Under the pieces are notes generated by a model. The model saw only the letters and a program-made list of their open reading frames with translations. It did not search any database and was not told where the DNA came from. A stretch of 64,000 bases of DNA from an uncultured Solirubrobacterales bacterium (GTDB lineage: Bacteria; Actinomycetota; Thermoleophilia; Solirubrobacterales; 70-9): NCBI GenBank assembly GCA_963732225.1, contig CAVSYR010000004.1:82710-146709 (forward strand), given 5' to 3'. This document shows positions 57,714 through 64,000 of this stretch, in pieces (within the stretch, counting starts at the first letter, position 1; every line of letters starts with the position of its first letter). The position numbers were made by a program, and so were the translations under genes.

Positions 57714-59138
57714 ATGCAGCGGCCGTCGAGAGCGCGGCCGCCGGCAAGGCGGCGCGGGAGAAGGCGCCTCGCTCCAGCCACGGAGAGTGGGAGCCGGCGA
57801 AGGGCCGGAAAGACCCGGTCAAAGTGCTCGAGAGCCAGGCCGAGAGCCGCGTGCCCGAGCTCGTGCCGATCCGCTACGGGCGGATGCTGGCCTCGCCCTT
57901 CACCTTCTTTCGCGGCGCCGCGGCGATCATGGCGATGGACCTCGCGAAGACCCCCGAATCGGGGTTCCGGGTCCAGGCCTGCGGCGATGCCCACCTTTCC
58001 AACTTCGGCGTCTTCGCTGCCCCCGACCGGCAGCCTGGTCGTGGACGTCAACGACTTCGACGAGACCCTTCCCGGGCCCTGGGAGTGGGATCTGAAGCGC
58101 CTCGCGGCGAGCTTCGAGATCGCCGGGCGCGATCGCGAATTCACCGCCAAGCAGACCCGCGCCGCCGTCCTCAGCACCGTTCGGGAATACCGCGAGGCGA
58201 TGCGGGAGTTCGCGGCGATGGGGAACCTCGACGTCTGGTACGCGCGACTCGACGTCGAGGCGGTGCTCGCGGAGTTGGCCAAGGTCGCCGACCGCAAGCA
58301 GATGAAGGCGGCGAAAAAGAACGTCGCGAAGGCCCACAAGAAGAACAGCCTCAGGGCCTTCGATCGGCTCGTCCACGAGGTTGACGGCGAGCCGCGGATC
58401 ATCAGCGATCCGCCCCTGCTCGTCCCGGCCCGCGAGCTCGTCGCCGACGATCAACGCCACGAACTCGAAGGGCGGCTCCAGGAGATGCTCGGCCGCTACC
58501 GCGAGAGCCTCAAGGGGGACCGCCGCCACCTCTTCGACAGCTACCGGTTCGTCGACATGGCCCGCAAGGTGGTCGGGGTCGGCAGCGTCGGCACCCGCGC
58601 CTGGGTGGTCTTGATGATGGGCCGCGACGGACAGGACCCGCTCTTCCTGCAGGCCAAGGAAGCCGAGGCCTCGGTGCTCGAGCCCTACGCCGGAGCGAGC
58701 GAGTTCGGCAACCACGGCGAGCGGGTGGTCGAGGGCCAGTGGCTGATGCAGGCCGCCAGCGACATCCTCCTCGGCTGGCTTCCCGCCTTCGGCATGGACG
58801 ACAAGGAACGGGACTTCTACGTGCGCCAGCTCTGGGACGGCAAGCGATCGGTCGAAATCGAGACCCTGCCGCCGAAGGGGCTGGAGGTCTACGGGCGGGT
58901 GTGCGGCTGGACGCTGGCCCGAGCCCATGCCCGCTCCGGCGATCGGATCGCGATCGCCGCCTACCTCGGCAAGGGCGAGAGCTTCGATCAGGCGATCGCC
59001 GACTTCTCCGAGCGCTACGCCGATCAGAACGAGCTCGACTACGCGGCGCTCGCCGACGCGGCCAAGTCCGGGCGGCATCGAAGTCGAGACGGACCTCGAC
59101 TGACCGCCGGTCGGGTGGCAGTAGTCGAAGGCTCCTAG
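57714..59138 (+). pseudogene. DUF2252-family protein needing about three frame corrections
   Basis: ATG at 57714, then AAVESAAAGKAAREKAPRSSHGEWEPAKGRKDPVKVLESQAESRVPELVPIRYGRMLASPFTFFRGAAAIMAMDLAKTPESGFRVQACGDAHLSNFGVF in the frame of ORF 57824-58384. Then LVVDVNDFDETLPGPWEWDLKRLAASFEIAGR... in the 57621 frame. A corrected C-terminus would read ...AAKSGRIEVETDLD* and stop at 59103. Confidence 0.8.
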
Positions 59139-59686
59139 GCGGCTTGCCGCCTGACGCTGTGCATCCCAAAGCCGAGGATCGCCATGACGATGCCGTTGAA
59201 GATGAACCCGAGCCCGACCAGGAGGGCCAGGGTGCCGAAACCGATGTCCGGATTGGCGACGATCACGATGCCGGCGATCACCTCCACGACCCCCGCCAGA
59301 GCGTGCCATCCGCGGTTCTCGTATTCCTCGAACGCGGTCGCGAACCGAATCACGCCGATGGCGATCAGCCAGATCCCGATCAGCAGGGCCACGGCGGCAA
59401 CTCCCCCGATCGGGTGACGGATCAGGAGGACCCCGACTATCGCGCTCAGGACTCCGATCAGGGCGACCAGGCCGCGGTTGGGGGTGCTCCGCATGAACGA
59501 GTCGGCCAGCTCGAGGATGCCGTCCAGCAAGAAGAAGATGCCGGCGATGACGGCAAGGGTCGCGAGGCTGTCGCTCGGCTTGAGCAGAATGATCACTCCC
59601 GCCACGACGCTGAGCACGCCGACCAGAAGCACCAACCACCATCCCCAGGTGACTTCCCGAGCACGACTGTCAATCGAGTCCGCCAT
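59135..59686 (-). CDS. HdeD/DUF308-family membrane protein
   Basis: Six-TM repeat pattern (WWLVLLVGVLSVVAGVIILLKP...; IGIWLIAIGVIRF..; GLGFIFNGIVMAILGF). Confidence 0.8.
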   Translation of the reverse strand: MADSIDSRAREVTWGWWLVLLVGVLSVVAGVIILLKPSDSLATLAVIAGIFFLLDGILELADSFMRSTPNRGLVALIGVLSAIVGVLLIRHPIGGVAAVALLIGIWLIAIGVIRFATAFEEYENRGWHALAGVVEVIAGIVIVANPDIGFGTLALLVGLGFIFNGIVMAILGFGMHSVRRQAA

Positions 59687-59884
59687 TCAGCCATCTCCTT
59701 GTGTTGGTTGAGGCTATGCAACCACATAGGGCCAGATCGCACAGGATTTTGTCGGCCTGGCTGTCCCGTCCAGGAAGGGTCTTTACTAGTCCCAAACAGC
59801 CGACTAGAGTCTTCTTGGCGAGCAGCTCCAAGCTGCCGGCTCAGAATGGGATGGAGCCGCACCGCCTTCCAAAAGGAGATTCAA

Positions 59885-60295
59885 ATGGAGGCTGGTCAGA
59901 GTTCACGGCCGCCCGCCGGGGGCCAAAATTCAACGTGGATCGGGTTCGCGGGGATAGTGATGGTGATCCTCGGCTGCCTCGATGCGTTCTGGGGGCTGGC
60001 GGCGATCCTCAACAACGAAGTGGTCGTGGTCGGCGGTCACGGCGCGCTGATCTTCGACCTCACGACCTGGGGCTGGGTCCAGCTGATCCTCGGCGCCCTC
60101 GTCGGACTTACGGGCGTCGGCCTGCTCGTCGGCAATGAGGTGGCTCGCGTCCTGGGAATTTCCCTCCTGGCGATCAACGCGATCCTGCAGGTCGTCTGGT
60201 TCTCGGCAGCGCCGCTGTGGGCGTTCCTGATGATCATCCTCGACGTCGTGATCATCTACCAGCTGATCGTCAACTGGACTGAGCAGGAGGCATGA
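59885..60295 (+). CDS. Small four-TM membrane protein
   Basis: AAGGAG lies 6 nt upstream of ATG 59885. The protein begins MEAGQSSRPPAGGQNSTWIGFAGIVMVILGCLDAFWGLAAILNNE... The remainder of track ORF 58739-60295 is antisense noise. Confidence 0.7.
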   Translation: MEAGQSSRPPAGGQNSTWIGFAGIVMVILGCLDAFWGLAAILNNEVVVVGGHGALIFDLTTWGWVQLILGALVGLTGVGLLVGNEVARVLGISLLAINAILQVVWFSAAPLWAFLMIILDVVIIYQLIVNWTEQEA

Positions 60296-60690
60296 CCGTG
60301 CCGCTCGCGGACTTCAGCTTCGGCGAGGGCCTGCTCTTCATCTTCGAGTTCTTCCTGCTCTTCGCCTGGATCTGGATTCTGATCTCGATCATCGGCGACC
60401 TGTTCCGCGATCACGAGCTCTCGGGGGTGGCGAAGGCCGTTTGGGTCTTCTTCCTGATCTTCCTGCCGTTCCTCGGGGTGCTGCTCTATCTGATCGTTCG
60501 CGGCAATGGGATGCGCGACCGCACGATCAAAGCCCAGGCCGACACGAAAAAGGAGCTCGACAGCTACGTGCGCGAACAGGCGCAGGCAGCCAGCCCCGCC
60601 GAGGAACTGCACAAACTGAACGACCTGAAGGAAAAAGGAGCGCTCAGCTCCGAGGAGTTCGACCAGGCGAAGGCCAAACTGCTGGCCTAG
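60292..60690 (+). CDS. PLD-nuclease-N-terminal (PLDc_N) membrane domain plus SHOCT domain protein
   Basis: ATGA overlap with the upstream gene. The sequence reads WIWILISIIGDLFRDHELSGVAKAVWVFFLIFLPFLGVLLYLIVRG, followed by ELHKLNDLKEKGALSSEEFDQAKAKLL (SHOCT). Confidence 0.8.
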   Translation: MTVPLADFSFGEGLLFIFEFFLLFAWIWILISIIGDLFRDHELSGVAKAVWVFFLIFLPFLGVLLYLIVRGNGMRDRTIKAQADTKKELDSYVREQAQAASPAEELHKLNDLKEKGALSSEEFDQAKAKLLA

Positions 60691-60710
60691 CCGGCGCTGA
60701 AGCGGCGAGC

Positions 60711-61456
60711 GTGCCCGCGAAGCTCACCTTTGTCGGGCACGCGACCGTCGCGGTGGACCTCGACGGCACCAGGCTCGTCACCGACCCCTTCCTGCGGACC
60801 CGGCTCGGGCCGCTTCGCCGGCATGGCGCGCCGGTGGCACGCGCGGCCGTCCAGGACCTCGACGCGGTGCTGATCTCGCACCTGCACCGCGACCACGCCG
60901 ACCTCGCCCTCTCTGCGCCGGCTGGGGGATGTGCCGTTGCTCGTCCCTCCGGGCGCCGCCGGCTTCTTCGAGCGTCGAGGTTTTCGGTCCGTATCCGAGC
61001 TGGCGGTCGGCCAGTCCGCTCAGGTCGGAGCGGTGACGGTCACGGCGGTCCAGGCCGTGCACGACGACGGTGGGACGGGCTCCCGCAACGCGCAGGCGAT
61101 CGGCTTCCTCCTCTCCGGCCGACAGCGGATCTACTTCGCCGGAGACACCGATCTCTTCGACGGCATGGGCTCACTGCAGGACGTCGACCTGGCGCTGCTG
61201 CCGATCTGGGGCTGGGGCCCGAACGCTCGGGCCGGGTCACATGGATCCCGAGAAGGCGGCTCGCGCGGCGGCACTGATCGAACCGGGGATCGTCGTGCCG
61301 ATCCACTGGGGGACGCTCTACCCGAGGTTCCTGCATCGCCTGCGTCCGAGCCCGCTGAGCACTCCGCCGCTCGAGCTCGCGAGGTGGATGAAGGAGCTGG
61401 CGCCTCAGTCGGAGCTGCGGGTGCTCGCCCCGGGTGAGTCGACCTCGGTCGAATAG
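60711..61456 (+). pseudogene. MBL-fold metallo-hydrolase with two frame changes
   Basis: VPAKLTFVGHATVAVDLDGTRLVTDPFL...AVLISHLHRDHAD, then LLVPPGAAGFFERRGFRSVSELAVGQS...IGFLLSGRQRIYFAGDTDLFDGM..LALLPIWGWGP, then GHMDPEKAARAAALIEPGIVVPIHWGT. Shifts lie near 60915 and 61215. Confidence 0.75.
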
Positions 61457-63465
61457 GCGGCATGTCCGAGCCGTCCCAGCCAACCGCGGAACACCCGGTG
61501 GACCCGTTCGGCGCCGACCACCTCCTCGTCCGGCCAGTCGAGATCGGCCGGGTGCAGGACGAAGGGAAACGACTGGGTCCCCCCCAGCCCGCCGTGTGAG
61601 CCGACCAGCTCCTCGAAGGCCGAGACCTCGCCGGCCTCCCCGTCGAAGGCGCTGTTGATCATCAGGTCCGCGCAGTGGGGGAAGGCGTCGGTTCTGCGCA
61701 CATGCTCGGCCGCGTTCGGTCCGAAGGGCGCGAGCGGGTCCTCGCCCTCGACGCGGTTGCCGTCCAGATGGTGGGTGCCGCGCGGTCCGAGCACGACGGC
61801 GCCCTCCTGCTCGGATCGCACGAGTACGAAACCGATGCCCGGATGGCGGCAGAGGGCCGGCAGCAGATCGGGATGGAGGGAGCGCAGTCGCTCCAGCGAG
61901 ACCCGCCCGGGCTCGCGCGGGAAGCTGACGAGGCCGAGACATCCCGAGGCCATCACCGACAGATCCGGGATACCTCCGGCGTCGCTGGGCTCCCGATCGT
62001 GCGGCTCCTCCTGCCCAAGCGCCACAGCGCCGTCGGATCGCTGCCGCCTGGTCGCCATTCGGACCGTGCGGCCTCCCGCCGTATCGTCGCGCGCCATCTC
62101 GGTAAGACCGGTGTTGAGGAAGGCCAGGGCGTCGCCCTCGTCGCTTTCGTCGGCGGTGACGCTGCCGGCGCCGCAGGCCTCCCTGACCACCTGCTCGAGG
62201 GTCTCGCCGTAGCGGTCGCGAAAGGTTTCGCCCTGCGATTGCCCGTGGTCGGAGAGCACCACGAGCCGATACGGACGCGGGGCGTCGGCGACGGCCCGGG
62301 CGATCCTCGCGATCTGGCGATCGAGGTCGCGGAGCACGGCGAGGCTGTCGGGACGCTCGATCCCCGAATGGTGCGCGACCTCGTCGTAGGCGAGAAAGGT
62401 CGTGTAGATCGTCGGCCGCCCGGCGAGGATGTCGCCGACCACGGCGGCGACCTGTAGGTCGCGCTGGACGACGGTCGCCCAGGCGCGGATCAGGGCATAG
62501 GCGCGGGTGCGCCTGATCCTCGGCCTGACGTCGTCGCGCACCTGCGCGCGCGCGGCGCGGCGCTCTCGGATCACGTCGAGGAGGACGAGGACGATCGTCT
62601 TGGAGACGGCAGAGGGGCGTGCGAAATAGGCCGCATAGTCCCGGCCGATCGGCCGGCGCCGGTGCAGCGCGGTGCTCATCGTCAGCATCGAGTACACGGC
62701 GTCGCCGGAGAGGATGTTGGCGCGGCTGGCACCGTCCGCGTGCAGGAGGCCGCGACCGTCGGAGCGCCGCCGCTCGAGCTCTTCGGCATCGCGCGGGTGG
62801 TTGGTGACGATCGCCGCGCCTCGCTCCTTCTCCCACCAGCGGAAGGCCGGCATGTCCTCGTTTGAGCCATGAAGCAGCCCGGCCTGGCAGGCGCCGGTCT
62901 GCGAGGACCAGTCGGTCTCCCAGCGTTGCAGGCGGTGCGATCCGTCTCGCACCCACGCCGCCAGGTGCGGAGCGCCGTCCTCGGCGAGCGCCCGCTCGAG
63001 CACGTCGTGCGCGAGGCCGTCGATCTCGAGAAACGCCACGCCGGGGACGTCGGTTTCGATCGGATCCTCCCGCCGGCGAAGCTGGCGCTTCACCACCTGC
63101 CGGTACCAGGCGTCGTCTTCGTCGATCGCCAGGAGCGAGAAGACGCCGCTGGTCACGGCCGTCATCACGATCGTGACCACGACCCCCTGCCCCACTCCAC
63201 CGATCTCCGCATTGGGAAGCAGGTCGATTGCGAAGGCGACGAGCAGGCCGTTCAGAACGAGCCCCGCCAGACCGAGCGTGAGCACCGTGAGCGGCAGCGC
63301 CAGGCGTGAGAGCGCCGGCCACACGAGGGCGTTGAAGAGCCCGATCATGATCGCGGCGGCGAGCGCGGATGCGGCTCCGTCCAAGACGAATCCGTCGATC
63401 AGAGCCGACAGCGCAAGCAGCGTCAGCGAGTCCAGAAGGAGGACGAGGGCGACTCGCCAGATCAC
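61405..63465 (-). CDS. Holin-family-like N-terminal TM module fused to an alkaline-phosphatase-superfamily (type I phosphodiesterase-like) domain
   Basis: Intact 686-aa ORF. N-terminal four-TM segment (MIWRVALVLLLDSLTLLALSALIDGF...). Catalytic-domain strings: FLEIDGLAHDVL, FLAYDEVAHHSG, VVLSDHGQSQGETF. Confidence 0.8.
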   Translation of the reverse strand: MIWRVALVLLLDSLTLLALSALIDGFVLDGAASALAAAIMIGLFNALVWPALSRLALPLTVLTLGLAGLVLNGLLVAFAIDLLPNAEIGGVGQGVVVTIVMTAVTSGVFSLLAIDEDDAWYRQVVKRQLRRREDPIETDVPGVAFLEIDGLAHDVLERALAEDGAPHLAAWVRDGSHRLQRWETDWSSQTGACQAGLLHGSNEDMPAFRWWEKERGAAIVTNHPRDAEELERRRSDGRGLLHADGASRANILSGDAVYSMLTMSTALHRRRPIGRDYAAYFARPSAVSKTIVLVLLDVIRERRAARAQVRDDVRPRIRRTRAYALIRAWATVVQRDLQVAAVVGDILAGRPTIYTTFLAYDEVAHHSGIERPDSLAVLRDLDRQIARIARAVADAPRPYRLVVLSDHGQSQGETFRDRYGETLEQVVREACGAGSVTADESDEGDALAFLNTGLTEMARDDTAGGRTVRMATRRQRSDGAVALGQEEPHDREPSDAGGIPDLSVMASGCLGLVSFPREPGRVSLERLRSLHPDLLPALCRHPGIGFVLVRSEQEGAVVLGPRGTHHLDGNRVEGEDPLAPFGPNAAEHVRRTDAFPHCADLMINSAFDGEAGEVSAFEELVGSHGGLGGTQSFPFVLHPADLDWPDEEVVGAERVHRVFRGWLGRLGHAAYSTEVDSPGASTRSSD

Positions 63466-63474
63466 CCTCAGGGC

Positions 63475-64000
63475 TCATGCCCGGGTGTTCTCCGATCGAG
63501 TCGCGGCAATGGCCGCCTCGATCGAGGGGTAGAAGTGATCTTTGTCGAGGGTGTCCATCAGCCCGTAGCGCAGGGTCAGCTGCTTGAGGCGATCGCGCAG
63601 CTCGACGAAGGCGAGGTGGATCCCCGCCGCGTTCAGCTCGCGATCGAGCTGCTCGAGCATCTCCGCCGCGGTCACGTCGACGTCGGTGATCGCCTCGCAC
63701 TGCAGGACGATCCAGTCGGGCTCGCGCTCGCGCGCGAGCCGCCTGATCTCGTCGCGGAACCTCCCCGAGTTGGCGAAGAACAGCGGCGCCTCCCAGCGGT
63801 AGACGACGACGCCCGGGAGCTCCTTGGCGTCGGGGTAGACGGTGACGTCGTGCCAACCCTCGATTCCCTCGGGGCGTCCCAGAACCGCGCCGTGCGGCCA
63901 CCAGTTGCGGCGAAAGAAGAGGATGATCGCCAGCAGGACCGCGACCACGATTCCCTGCAGGACGCCGAGCAGCACGACCCCGGCGGTGGCCACCAGGGAG
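63475..64000 (-). CDS. SulP-family anion transporter, C-terminal part with STAS domain; the 5' end is beyond the right edge
   Basis: The last TM (GVVLLGVLQGIVVAVLLAIILFF) is followed by a STAS pattern (VVVYRWEAPLFFANSGRFRDEI...WIVLQCEAITDVDVTAAEMLEQLDRELNAAGIHLAFVEL). The frame stays open to position 64000. Confidence 0.8.
   Translation of the reverse strand, partial: SLVATAGVVLLGVLQGIVVAVLLAIILFFRRNWWPHGAVLGRPEGIEGWHDVTVYPDAKELPGVVVYRWEAPLFFANSGRFRDEIRRLAREREPDWIVLQCEAITDVDVTAAEMLEQLDRELNAAGIHLAFVELRDRLKQLTLRYGLMDTLDKDHFYPSIEAAIAATRSENTRA

Noticed and set aside
61040-63901. A 953-aa minus-strand ORF spanning three genes.
   Set aside because: It is extremely Arg/Pro/Ala-rich. It is an alternative frame of the convincing 61405-63465 and STAS-domain genes.
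1-64000. A CRISPR array or other short regularly spaced repeats.
   Set aside because: Reading through the window, I saw no run of 25-40-nt direct repeats with uniform spacers. The repeats found are long, few and irregular.

Overview
High-G+C window, actinobacterial in style; the secreted-protein families recall Thermoleophilia/Solirubrobacterales-type genomes, but that is inference only. All calls rest on reading the ORF track and the sequence by eye, with no searches run. The window has three zones.

Zone 1 (1-23030, all minus strand) is a cell-surface/secreted-protein locus built on a duplicated three-gene cassette. The cassette is a membrane-anchored collagen-like protein, then a giant (over 1300 aa) beta-propeller/Fn3 protein, then a third secreted family. 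Each copy follows a long leader containing a near-identical ~200-nt block. Three more secreted proteins lie between the copies, and one of them is followed by two orphan copies of its own 3' end. One cassette gene (1-1740) is missing from the supplied ORF track because it runs off the left edge.

Zone 2 (about 23.2-50.2 kb) is accessory and mobile.
- vapBC bracketed by ~73-nt direct repeats.
- A double-HTH TetR regulator.
- A lower-G+C islet with a secreted G1-type peptidase.
- Decayed conjugative-element genes: two replication-relaxation copies, a thermonuclease and an ArdC-like gene.
- An M48 protease.
- A toxin/XRE pair next to a truncated serine recombinase.
- A defence-like block (nuclease-STAND NTPase, HD-GHKL ATPase, small ORF plus TIR-like protein) ending at tRNA-Arg(ACG).
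- A 27/30 direct repeat brackets 36.1-50.0 kb.

Zone 3 (50.3-64 kb) holds ordinary-looking membrane and ion-transport genes.

Many genes translate into recognisable proteins only after frame corrections. These corrections are strongly clustered, so assembly indel error and real gene decay cannot be told apart from the sequence. No CRISPR array, rRNA or reverse transcriptase was seen.
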